DNA of 64,000 nucleotides from an uncultured Sulfurospirillum sp. (GTDB lineage Bacteria; Campylobacterota; Campylobacteria; Campylobacterales; QNZT01): NCBI GenBank assembly GCA_964573205.1, contig CAZNIT010000026.1, positions 1 to 64,000 of the forward strand, read 5' to 3'. Shown piece by piece: positions 19,046 to 27,844 of this stretch (position 1 is its first letter; each line of letters starts with the position of its first letter). The notes under the pieces were generated by a model. It saw only the letters and a program-made list of their open reading frames with translations, ran no database searches and was not told where the DNA came from. The position numbers and the translations under genes were made by a program.

Positions 19046-20422
19046 TCATTTTTGCAGCATAAACGTTTCATAGTCGATTTTCCAAAACTTTTCTCTTACG
19101 ACAAAAACCGAAATGATAAAAACGATCAAAAGCGACAAAGCGTATCCGTATCCGAAATACTCCGGTCCCATATCGATGGATATATAGCTGAAAAGGGCGT
19201 TGAGTACTAAAAAAAGCATAGATAGATAGAGTGTTTGTATTCTTTTGTCTATATAAAATAAAAGTGCTTGCATCGTCATAAAACATAACTGTAAAGTGGC
19301 GCCTATTAACAAAATATAAAAAAGATCCAGATATAAATTGGGAATTGAAAGCTTTTCGAAAATATACGGTGCGGCGTTATATAAAAATATATTGATAACG
19401 GTTTGAACTATCAAAATCTCTTTTATAACGGTTCTTACATCGTTGTTCATGGCATTTTTATAATGCGTTATCGTAGAGAGTGGTTGGGCGTTTGTTATTG
19501 CGCTGTAAAATCCTTGAAAACTTCTTGAAAAGTTCACTTCAAGTCTATAAAAAAGTATGGCCATTCCGGGAATGATTGCCAAATATGCCAGAAAAATAGG
19601 AAGGTCGTAAACTATGGAAGCTTTGAATTTTCCCACTACGTAGTAACCCGTCATAGGATGATACCAAAAAATTATCTTATCTATCCATACGCCTAAATTG
19701 TAAAAGAAACCGCTTGCGGCCAATCTCCAATAAAACGATTTAATCGAAAAGATTCTAAAGCTCACCAATTTTTTAGAGGGGTATTGCTTGAGTATCAATA
19801 GAGTTAGGATCATAAAAAGTACGAAATTTCCTATAAAAAAAGCACCCAGTAAAAAAGTGGTGTTTTCTCCGAAAAAGTACGCAAGTGCGATGATCGACGA
19901 ATATGTGATGAAATATGACGAAACGACCGCTTTATATCTTTTTAGACTCGAAGCCAATACGTTTGCGATCCATACGAGACTTACCACGATAAAAACCAAA
20001 AGCGTCAGAAATTTGAAAAATAGAGATTTTTCCGGTAGTAAATAAAATGTTACCGGAGCCATAATAAATAGACCGGCTACCAAAACGACAAAGATCGTCG
20101 CGAAATATGCCGGTAAAATTTCATCGTACTCTTTAGCGTATATCCTATCGGCGATAAACCTTGTCAAAGGCAATTGTAAAAAACCCGAAAGCATAAAACT
20201 TGATGAAAACATAAACGCATATGTGATAATAAGTTGAAATTGAATTGTCTCTTGCGTGTTACGGTATGAATTCAGACTGATATATCCGACTATGATAATG
20301 GAGACGATAGATATTATCCAAGCTCCCGAACTTAAAACGGCGGCATAGCTGTAAACTTTAGCATAAGATACGAGACTATCTTTTTTCAGCGATCTTTCTA
20401 ATTCAAAACCTATCCCCGCCAT
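19046..20422 (-). CDS. pelG: PelG polysaccharide biosynthesis inner-membrane protein
   Basis: 458 aa. N-terminus MAGIGFELERSLKKDSLVSYAKVY closely resembles the P. aeruginosa PelG N-terminus (MAGIGFELRK...). About 12 TM helices. Confidence 0.8.
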   Translation of the reverse strand: MAGIGFELERSLKKDSLVSYAKVYSYAAVLSSGAWIISIVSIIIVGYISLNSYRNTQETIQFQLIITYAFMFSSSFMLSGFLQLPLTRFIADRIYAKEYDEILPAYFATIFVVLVAGLFIMAPVTFYLLPEKSLFFKFLTLLVFIVVSLVWIANVLASSLKRYKAVVSSYFITYSSIIALAYFFGENTTFLLGAFFIGNFVLFMILTLLILKQYPSKKLVSFRIFSIKSFYWRLAASGFFYNLGVWIDKIIFWYHPMTGYYVVGKFKASIVYDLPIFLAYLAIIPGMAILFYRLEVNFSRSFQGFYSAITNAQPLSTITHYKNAMNNDVRTVIKEILIVQTVINIFLYNAAPYIFEKLSIPNLYLDLFYILLIGATLQLCFMTMQALLFYIDKRIQTLYLSMLFLVLNALFSYISIDMGPEYFGYGYALSLLIVFIISVFVVREKFWKIDYETFMLQK

Positions 20423-21918
20423 CGTGAAAGCGCCTTTTCGTAAACTTCGATATATTTGTCGAAAAATATTTGTTGAGTATAAAACCTATTTACTCTCTTA
20501 AGGGCATTTTGCCGATAGAGTCTCCAAAGTTCTTCATCGTCTAAAAGCTTCATATATGCTTGAGCCAATTTCGAGGGGTTTGCGACAGGTACGATTTCGC
20601 CGGCTTTACCTATATTTATATCCTCTTGATTTAGCCCGCCGTATATCAATTCGCTACAACTTCCCACATCGGTTGAGACACAAGGTACTCCTGCGGCAAA
20701 TCCCTCTAAAATTACCAAAGGCATTCCCTCGCTTATGGAGGTTAGGGTCAAGATATCCGTTTTTGGTAAGATGTCGTCGATCTTTTGAAAGCCCAAAAAC
20801 TTGATGTTCTTTTCTAAATTTAAAGTTTCGACCATACGCCTGCACTCGTTTGCATAGACTACATCCTCATCCAAAGGACCCGCTATCCATCCTTGAATAT
20901 CAGGAAATTTATCGGCGACTATCCGAATGGAACGAATGAAGGTTTTGATATCTTTTATGGAGACGACGCGACCTAAAAGAGTGATGACCTTATGATTTTT
21001 GTTGACTCTTTTTTCGACCAGTTTGTTCAATTTTTTCGTATCGACTCCGTTTGGAATGACTCTGCATCTGTTCCTATTCGCACCAAATTCGATTTGAAGC
21101 TCTTTCGCTCCGTTATAAAGAGATAATATGTCGTCGGCCGATTGATAAGTTAAAAAACCTATTTTTTCAAAAAAATCGATCCACATCTTTTTCAGATAGT
21201 TACAGCTTCCGATACTCTTTTGTAAAGATGATTTATATAGCATAAAACCGCTATTTGCATGCATATCCATCTTTCGTTCTCTTATATATATACCATGTTC
21301 GGTTAATATGAACGGTATGTTATGAAAACTCGATATGAGTGCGGCCGTAAAACCGGCATATCCTGTAGATGGTGAGTGTACGACTTTCGCCATATTCGAC
21401 ATAGAAGCTATTTTAGCCAACAGCCAAATGGGTTTATGAATACTTCTGAGTGTCCAAAAGTAGTCTATAAAAGAGATTTCGCCGCAATTTTTATTGTAGT
21501 TTTCTTTTATGAATTCCCAAGATTGACGTGAATATAGGAAATCGTTTATAGTTATCTCTTTTTCAAAAAAACGAGCGTTAAACATGGTTTTAAAATCAAA
21601 TGATACTTTATTCTTTATTTTTTTATGAAATTCCTTTAATTTTTCAAAATCTTCTCTTTTAATTTCGATAGCCTTCGGTTCGTCGGCTTTTATATCGTCG
21701 AAGAGAAAATATTCATCAAAAAAGTGTACATTTTTGGCAAATTTATAATTTTTTTTCTCATAATCGTTTTTTTTACTGCCCAAAAAGAGAATGCCGAAAC
21801 TATATTGGGGCATTCCGTTTATAATTTGATCGATCCAACTGGAAACTCCTCCTCTTACGTAGGGATAAGTACCTTCGGCGATTATTAATATATCTACATT
21901 TCGTTTTTTATCAAGCAC
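20410..21918 (-). CDS. pelF: PelF GT4-family glycosyltransferase
   Basis: 502 aa. N-terminal EGTYPYVRGGVSSWIDQ motif is typical of PelF. GT-B fold length. Confidence 0.8.
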   Translation of the reverse strand: MLDKKRNVDILIIAEGTYPYVRGGVSSWIDQIINGMPQYSFGILFLGSKKNDYEKKNYKFAKNVHFFDEYFLFDDIKADEPKAIEIKREDFEKLKEFHKKIKNKVSFDFKTMFNARFFEKEITINDFLYSRQSWEFIKENYNKNCGEISFIDYFWTLRSIHKPIWLLAKIASMSNMAKVVHSPSTGYAGFTAALISSFHNIPFILTEHGIYIRERKMDMHANSGFMLYKSSLQKSIGSCNYLKKMWIDFFEKIGFLTYQSADDILSLYNGAKELQIEFGANRNRCRVIPNGVDTKKLNKLVEKRVNKNHKVITLLGRVVSIKDIKTFIRSIRIVADKFPDIQGWIAGPLDEDVVYANECRRMVETLNLEKNIKFLGFQKIDDILPKTDILTLTSISEGMPLVILEGFAAGVPCVSTDVGSCSELIYGGLNQEDINIGKAGEIVPVANPSKLAQAYMKLLDDEELWRLYRQNALKRVNRFYTQQIFFDKYIEVYEKALSRWRG

Positions 21919-22841
21919 CGTCGGCCTTTATATAGTGATGTTAAAGATAGTATTTTGGTATTATATTTTATATCTTTAATTTCATCTAAAATTTGTCGAA
22001 GTTTTTTGAAATCTCTCTTTTCAAAATAGACTTGTGCCAAATAGGGTAGAGCGGAGTCTTTATAAAGTGGATTTGAGATCACTTTTTCAAAAGTTTTTGC
22101 CGATTCACCAAAATTTTTCATCTTTAAATCTATTTTTGCCAGTAATAAATTTAGCCGCATATCGTCAGGATCGATTTTTAGAGCTTTTTGCACGTAAAGT
22201 TTCGCGTTATTTAGATAAAATGCTTCCAAATCTTTACTGATTAAACGATAATATACAAAATCCCAATAAAGATGTGCCATCTCACTTTCATACTCGCTTT
22301 TTTTAATCAAGTCGTCGCATTTTGAGATTTTATTCGAAAGGTCGTTTATTCTTCGGTTTAACTTTTTTTCCATTTGATTGATGGCTCCGAAACAAAAAAG
22401 CCTGCTTTCGTCGCCTTTTCCCGAAAGGGTATTGTAAAAAATACGCATATCGTCTTTATGAAAATTCTCTTTTAAGTAAGAGAGGATTTCAATTTTACGT
22501 TTTTGAGAACTTTTTTCATTCATTAAAAGATTTTCAAGAGGCCCCTGTCTGTAATCTCTGGTTACGATAGGATAAGTGATCTTGAGACGGTCCATATCCA
22601 GTGTTTTAAAATTTCGCCGTTGCCGTTTTTGATCCGCTTTCGAGAGATAAAAATAGAGTAACAAAGTCAGTATGGGGCCTACGATGATCATAATGGAGTT
22701 AAAAAGAAAAAGCAACATCAACGACCAGAAGCTTTTAAATCCGCTAGCTTTGAACATGAGATAAGAAAAAAGTGCGACCGAGCACAAGTACCAGATTAAA
22801 AAGTTTTGTGAATCTATCGAATTTAAAATATGCATAATCAT
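21894..22841 (-). CDS. pelE: PelE-like inner-membrane TPR protein
   Basis: 315 aa. Two N-terminal TM helices then a TPR-like region. Position between pelD and pelF. Confidence 0.55.
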   Translation of the reverse strand: MIMHILNSIDSQNFLIWYLCSVALFSYLMFKASGFKSFWSLMLLFLFNSIMIIVGPILTLLLYFYLSKADQKRQRRNFKTLDMDRLKITYPIVTRDYRQGPLENLLMNEKSSQKRKIEILSYLKENFHKDDMRIFYNTLSGKGDESRLFCFGAINQMEKKLNRRINDLSNKISKCDDLIKKSEYESEMAHLYWDFVYYRLISKDLEAFYLNNAKLYVQKALKIDPDDMRLNLLLAKIDLKMKNFGESAKTFEKVISNPLYKDSALPYLAQVYFEKRDFKKLRQILDEIKDIKYNTKILSLTSLYKGRRCLIKNEM

Positions 22842-24136
22842 TCCAATAGCTTTTCAAACTTGTTATAAGCGATATCTTCAATTTTATATACGAAATTTTT
22901 TGAATCGATATGATTTAAAAGAGAGCGGTTTGTATCTATCTTTCGTTTTACTCTGTTGAAAAAACCTTCTGCGTTTACTTTATTTGAAAAAGGGAAGACG
23001 ATCAAAATCGCATATTGATTTTTATTTACCGTTAATGTCTGAATCATATCGACAGCCCTTTTTAGTTGCTCTATTATCGAAAGTAGTTCGTTCATATATT
23101 TTAAATTTTCGGATTTTAAAATCAATATACTCGAAGATATGTTGTAAATATTCTTTATATTTTGAAGTTTACACAGTTCGTATGCGAAATCCTCGTCCAG
23201 ATAGGAGCGTTTACATCCGTGAAATTCCATAAAGTTATTTTTCTCTATACTCTGAATAAAGTAAGTGAAAATTACCGAAATCTGTAAAAGTGTATCTTCG
23301 TTAAAAAATGTAAAAGGCATATCTTCTATGGCGAGCAAATCTATACCCTCGACTTTAGCGGTCGGAATAACGCCGAGATATTTAGCGTCCGTTTTACGGT
23401 TTAAATCGATATAAGCCGGTTTCATTTTAATTAAAGCCTCTTTAATCAAAATATCGTCTTTATAAAAATCACTCTTTTGATTTAAAGATAATGCAGCCTT
23501 CGTTTTTGCTCCGATGCAAGATACCAGTACGGCTTTTTTAACTTGATACTGCTGTTTTAAAAGTTTCAGAAATTCGATTTTTGCCGCGTTTTCCTCTTGT
23601 TGTGAGATAGATATGATTTTTTGCAAAGAGTCTTGAAGACTGAATCTCTTTGTTATATAAGATTTTTCCAATTGGTCGTATGAAATTTTCAGCGTATAAA
23701 AAGCGTTGGTGTTCTCTTCCAGTTTTTGCGTAAGATAACTGTTTTTAACCGCTTCCTCCTCCATTCTACTCTCCCAAATATAGTGAAACAGATATAAAAT
23801 CAAACCTAACATCAAAAGTTCTAAAATTCGGTATAGCGGGAAAGTCTCGTAAAAAAGAAAAAATGCGGTTGAATAGACTACTATAAAAGAGATTAGTCCG
23901 GCGAAACCGAAAAAAAGCGTTAAAACGGTTGCAACAAAAAGTGAGACGTTTATCTTGTTATTTATAAAACAGGGATCGGTTTCGTTTAGAAAATATCCAA
24001 ATAGTATAAAAATAGTCGATATGCCGATAGCTTCCGCATATTTTACGATCAGTTTATAGTCGAAAAAGGAGATCACTTTTGCGTAAGCTCCAACATAAGC
24101 TTTTGAGCGATCGAACCGACGGACTCCTGTCCCCAA
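22838..24136 (-). CDS. pelD: PelD-like c-di-GMP receptor (4 TM + GAF + degenerate GGDEF with RxxD I-site motif)
   Basis: 432 aa. Four N-terminal TM helices. A cytoplasmic region containing R360-A-V-D363 (RAVD) and a basic patch about 32 residues later (RVKRK). This mirrors the P. aeruginosa PelD R367-x-x-D370 / R402 c-di-GMP I-site. The annotated start overlaps the pelC 3' end by 64 nt, so the true start may be internal or non-ATG. Confidence 0.6.
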   Translation of the reverse strand: MGTGVRRFDRSKAYVGAYAKVISFFDYKLIVKYAEAIGISTIFILFGYFLNETDPCFINNKINVSLFVATVLTLFFGFAGLISFIVVYSTAFFLFYETFPLYRILELLMLGLILYLFHYIWESRMEEEAVKNSYLTQKLEENTNAFYTLKISYDQLEKSYITKRFSLQDSLQKIISISQQEENAAKIEFLKLLKQQYQVKKAVLVSCIGAKTKAALSLNQKSDFYKDDILIKEALIKMKPAYIDLNRKTDAKYLGVIPTAKVEGIDLLAIEDMPFTFFNEDTLLQISVIFTYFIQSIEKNNFMEFHGCKRSYLDEDFAYELCKLQNIKNIYNISSSILILKSENLKYMNELLSIIEQLKRAVDMIQTLTVNKNQYAILIVFPFSNKVNAEGFFNRVKRKIDTNRSLLNHIDSKNFVYKIEDIAYNKFEKLLE

Positions 24137-24540
24137 CCGTTTTTGGCGCCTACGGCGCTATATACGACTTTACCGGTGTGAGTCTCTACGATATTAAAAT
24201 TCAATGCGACTGCCGGTTCGGCGTCAAGTCCGATCTTATAACGCCATTCGTTTATGTTGCCTAGCAAATAATATTTCGTATTGATATCGGATTTCGTTGC
24301 CCGTTTATTTTTATATCTCGGAGAGATTTGTACGGAGCAGTTTTTTGAGATTAAAATCGCTTCCATGATATTTTTCGCCTTCTCTCCGGCAAGAGGAGTG
24401 TCGGTATCGTTTTTAAAAGGTAAAACGGTGATCATTCCGTCTCTTGGAAGATGATTTAGCTGAGAATAGTTCGTAACGCTGGAACATCCGATCAACAAGA
24501 ACGAGGCGATAAAAATCAAACTATTTTTAAGTGCGGTCAT
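24073..24540 (-). CDS. pelC: PelC-like small outer-membrane lipoprotein
   Basis: 155 aa. Lipobox LLIGC at the N-terminus. Size and position (first gene of the pel operon here) fit PelC. Confidence 0.5.
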   Translation of the reverse strand: MTALKNSLIFIASFLLIGCSSVTNYSQLNHLPRDGMITVLPFKNDTDTPLAGEKAKNIMEAILISKNCSVQISPRYKNKRATKSDINTKYYLLGNINEWRYKIGLDAEPAVALNFNIVETHTGKVVYSAVGAKNGWGQESVGSIAQKLMLELTQK

Positions 24541-24682
24541 GATTGTCCTTTATTAACTTTATTTATATAGTTTAGTGGATGATTGATTAAAACTTAATTA
24601 ATTAGTATATTATTTTTTACTTTAATCGGATAAAATATAGTTTAGGTAAAGTAAATAATAAGTTTTAGAGTTGTGATATCTC

Positions 24683-24711
24683 TTGACAAAAATTATCTTT
24701 TATTGTAAACT
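24683..24711 (+). promoter_or_regulatory. Sigma70-like promoter for the leuA leader (TTGACA-17 nt-TAAACT)
   Basis: Perfect -35 TTGACA at 24683-24688, 17-nt spacer, -10 TAAACT at 24706-24711. About 28 nt upstream of the leader-peptide ATG. Confidence 0.5.
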
Positions 24712-24738
24712 ACGCCAAAATCCTCAGAGGAGCAAACG

Positions 24739-24822
24739 ATGAAAAGATATGATTTTATTTCGATTTCCATAACCCGAAATGATTCTTTGCTCCTGCTCTC
24801 TTCTTGTACGCTTGGTAATTAA
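24739..24822 (+). promoter_or_regulatory. Candidate leu leader peptide ORF (27 aa, MKRYDFISISITRNDSLLLLSSCTLGN) with four consecutive Leu codons; putative attenuator of leuA
   Basis: GAGGAG RBS 6 nt before ATG 24739. Leu codons TTG CTC CTG CTC at 24787-24798. The 9-nt segment 24786-24794 (TTTGCTCCT) is perfectly complementary to the leader RBS region 24728-24736 (AGGAGCAAA). Located in the 220-nt leader between the promoter and leuA. Confidence 0.4.
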
Positions 24823-24931
24823 CTCCGAAAAATAAAAGTTTTGGCGATTTTGGTTATTATTTCGCCCTTGACGTAAACATATAAAACAAAATTATATTAA
24901 TTTATTACGAATCTGGAAAAAGAGAGAAGAG

Positions 24932-26599
24932 ATGAAATACAAAAAATTTGAAAAGATAGAGTTGGCGGATAGAAAATGGCCGCAAAACGAGATACAAAAA
25001 GCACCGATTTGGTGTTCGGTTGACTTAAGGGACGGAAACCAAGCTCTCGTAAATCCTATGAGTTTGGAAAAAAAGATAATTTTTTTTAATTTGTTGTTAG
25101 AATTGGGATTTAAGGAAATAGAGATAGGTTTTCCCAGCGCGAGTGAAACCGAGTATCGGTTTTGTCGTCATCTGATCGAAAACGAAATGATTCCCGAGGA
25201 TGTAACGATCGGTATTTTAACGCAAGCAAGAGAGCATCTTATAAAAAGGAGCGCAGAAGCGTTACAAGGCGCTAAAAATGTGATAGTTCATCTATATAAC
25301 TCCACTTCGACGCTTCAAAGAGAAGTCGTATTTGAGAAATCGCAAGATGAGATAGTCAAAATGGCTTTAAAGGGTGTCGATTGGATAAAAGAGTATTTCG
25401 GAAAGTTTGGCGGTTTGGTTACATTGGAATACTCTCCCGAAAGTTTTACGCAAACTGAACTCGATTTTGCGGCTAGGATCTGTAATGAAGTTACGAATAG
25501 GTGGAATCCGAAAGAAGGTGAGAAGGTAATTATAAACCTTCCATCGACTGTAGAAGTAGCGACGCCCAATATTTATGCGGATCAGATAGAGTGGATGTGT
25601 CGTAACCTTGAAAAAAGAGAGGAAATCGTTGTCAGTGTTCACACGCATAACGACAGAGGAACCGCCGTGGCGTCAACCGAACTTGCATTGATGGCCGGTG
25701 CGGATCGTGTAGAAGGTACTCTTTTGGGTAACGGAGAGAGAACAGGAAACGTGGATATAGTGACCCTGGCCTTAAATATGTTCACTCAAGGCGTTGACCC
25801 TAAACTTAAATTGGACAATATCGATAGAATCGTCGAAGTTGCGGAATACTGCAACGAAATCAAAACACATCCTAGACACCCTTATGTCGGTGAATTGGTA
25901 TATACCGCGTTTAGCGGTTCGCATCAAGACGCGATCAAAAAAGGTATGCAAAAACAAAAACATATGAGTTGCTGGAGCGTTCCATATCTTCCTATCGATC
26001 CCAAAGATGTGGGAAGAGACTATAAATCGATCGTGCGGGTCAATTCCCAATCCGGTAAAGGAGGTGTGGCTTTTTTATTGTCGGAGAGATTCGGTTTTGA
26101 TATACCTAAAGAGATGATGCCCTATGTTGCGGAAGTGATGCAAAAAGAGAGTGAATCAAAAGAGGGCGTGCTTAGTGAAGAGGAGATTTATGCTCTATTT
26201 TTCGATAATTTTTTAAATATCGACGAACCGCTTCGTTTAACCGATCTTAAAGTGGCTATTTTGGGTAAAAAAATCGAGGTGTCCGCAAAAATCGATATTG
26301 CCGATGAAATTTTTAAAATGAAGATCGTCTCATCGGGTATCATAGAGGCTATAAGCGAAATGGTAAAAGATTCGGGTGTCGAGTTTGAGATAGAGAGTTA
26401 TTTCGAACACTCTCTTTCAAAAGGAAGTGATGCTAAAGCTGTAAGTTACATCGGAATAAAAATGGATGAAAGACTCTTTTTCGGAGTCGGTTTGGCTGAG
26501 AATATCACTTATTCTTCCGTTAACGCTTTGATAAGTGCAATCAATATCGGATTGAGTGCGAAAAAAGATTCTCTCAAAAGCTTGCGGGTGTATGCTTAA
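24932..26599 (+). CDS. leuA: 2-isopropylmalate synthase (long-form LeuA)
   Basis: 555 aa. WCSVDLRDGNQAL motif and overall similarity to long-form LeuA (Corynebacterium/Mycobacterium type). Confidence 0.9.
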   Translation: MKYKKFEKIELADRKWPQNEIQKAPIWCSVDLRDGNQALVNPMSLEKKIIFFNLLLELGFKEIEIGFPSASETEYRFCRHLIENEMIPEDVTIGILTQAREHLIKRSAEALQGAKNVIVHLYNSTSTLQREVVFEKSQDEIVKMALKGVDWIKEYFGKFGGLVTLEYSPESFTQTELDFAARICNEVTNRWNPKEGEKVIINLPSTVEVATPNIYADQIEWMCRNLEKREEIVVSVHTHNDRGTAVASTELALMAGADRVEGTLLGNGERTGNVDIVTLALNMFTQGVDPKLKLDNIDRIVEVAEYCNEIKTHPRHPYVGELVYTAFSGSHQDAIKKGMQKQKHMSCWSVPYLPIDPKDVGRDYKSIVRVNSQSGKGGVAFLLSERFGFDIPKEMMPYVAEVMQKESESKEGVLSEEEIYALFFDNFLNIDEPLRLTDLKVAILGKKIEVSAKIDIADEIFKMKIVSSGIIEAISEMVKDSGVEFEIESYFEHSLSKGSDAKAVSYIGIKMDERLFFGVGLAENITYSSVNALISAINIGLSAKKDSLKSLRVYA

Positions 26600-26608
26600 G
26601 GTTTTTTT

Positions 26609-27214
26609 ATGGAGGTTTTAGAGATAGCGGAGATTATCGGTATACTCTCTTTTTCGTTAAGCGGCTTTTTGGTGGCGGGAAGTGCTAAACTCGATATGCT
26701 GGGTATCTTTATCGCATCGTTTTTAACGGCGCTTGGAGGTGGAGTTATTCGTGATTTGATAGCGGATAAAACGGTTTACGCTTTTACCAATAACGGTGCT
26801 TCTGTTTTTGTTATAGCCGTCGTATCGATCGCGACTCTTCTTAAAATAAACAGATACTCTAGTCTCGAGAAAAATCGCTTTTTTCTTTTTGCCGACTCTT
26901 TGGGACTTGTGTCGTTTGCGATTTCGGGAGCGCTTGTCGGTATCGAAGCCGGGTTCAATTTTTTCGGTGTCGTTCTTCTTTCTCTTGTTACTTCCGTTGG
27001 AGGAGGGGTATTAAGAGATATTCTAATAAACAAAATATCTTTGGTATTGACCGGTGAATTTTACGGCTCGGTCGCAATCATAACCGGCGTTTTGATCTAT
27101 GTGCTGAATAAGACCGAGCTTCTTGGTGTCGGATCTATAACGGCGGTATTTTGCGTAGGCTTGATTTTGAGAGTGGTGGCGATAAAATTAAAATGGCGGC
27201 TGCCGAAAGTCTAG
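26609..27214 (+). CDS. UPF0126 / TRIC-family (YadS/YicG-like) membrane protein
   Basis: 201 aa. Two tandem glycine-rich UPF0126 repeats (LGGGVIRDLI... and VGGGVLRDIL). Confidence 0.75.
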   Translation: MEVLEIAEIIGILSFSLSGFLVAGSAKLDMLGIFIASFLTALGGGVIRDLIADKTVYAFTNNGASVFVIAVVSIATLLKINRYSSLEKNRFFLFADSLGLVSFAISGALVGIEAGFNFFGVVLLSLVTSVGGGVLRDILINKISLVLTGEFYGSVAIITGVLIYVLNKTELLGVGSITAVFCVGLILRVVAIKLKWRLPKV

Positions 27215-27468
27215 CATGATTTGCTGAAACTGCTTTCGTTTACGACGTTTTCGAAGAACTTTTTACTTTTATTCACTTTCGCCATATTCTCTTTAAGAGC
27301 TTTTTGTTCGATCGCCAAAAGTTTTTTCGCTTCGTTTATTAAAGCGACCGCGGTTTTTAAGTCATTTATACTTTTTATCTCCGGCATCGATTCAAGTAAC
27401 TCTTCCATTTTGGAAAAATTTTTCTCAACGACGGAAATTTTGAAATTATCAAGCCACTTCGTATGCAA
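27211..27468 (-). CDS. Small helical protein downstream of fliS (FliT-like position, as H. pylori HP0754 / C. jejuni Cj0550)
   Basis: 85 aa. Overlaps fliS 3' end by 20 nt on the same strand. Synteny only. Confidence 0.4.
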   Translation of the reverse strand: MHTKWLDNFKISVVEKNFSKMEELLESMPEIKSINDLKTAVALINEAKKLLAIEQKALKENMAKVNKSKKFFENVVNESSFSKSC

Positions 27469-27829
27469 TATTGGTCTCCTCTCTCCATGTCTGTAGTAGA
27501 ACTTTTACTACATGAATGATCGTATCTAGCTCTTGCGTGGAGTTGTTTATGTTCGCTTGATTCAATGTCTTTATCTGGTGCATATATAGGCCGCTTAAAT
27601 AGGCGGTCATTTGGGAACCGTCGTTTTTCAACGAATCTATAAGCTCGATGAATATGTCCGTCGATTTGTTGATCCATTTGGCTTTGGCTTCCATATCGTT
27701 GTTCTCGATCGCCCTTTTTGCCAAAGATGTAAATTTCAGCAATCCCTCATAAAGCATCTCTATCAGTTTTTCGGGCGAATAGACTCCCGTCTGGTTTTGG
27801 CTGTATGCCTGATAAGCGCACTGTCTCAT
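27449..27829 (-). CDS. fliS: Flagellar export chaperone FliS
   Basis: 126 aa. LYEGLLKF...DSLKN..S..YLSGLY pattern typical of FliS. Follows fliD. Confidence 0.85.
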   Translation of the reverse strand: MRQCAYQAYSQNQTGVYSPEKLIEMLYEGLLKFTSLAKRAIENNDMEAKAKWINKSTDIFIELIDSLKNDGSQMTAYLSGLYMHQIKTLNQANINNSTQELDTIIHVVKVLLQTWREETNIAYEVA

Positions 27830-27844
27830 TTTAATCCTTAGCTT

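Noticed and set aside
24073..24136. 64-nt overlap between the pelC-like 3' end and the annotated pelD start, as a possible frameshift or pseudogene.
   Set aside because: Both ORFs are full-length with intact domain signatures. More likely the real pelD start is a downstream non-ATG codon, so no evidence of disruption.
24800..24931. Rho-independent terminator completing a classical attenuator downstream of the Leu leader peptide.
   Set aside because: Only a weak 5-bp stem (GGCGA...TCGCC) without a U-tract was found. The attenuator is therefore reported as a candidate with mechanism unresolved, and no terminator feature is called.
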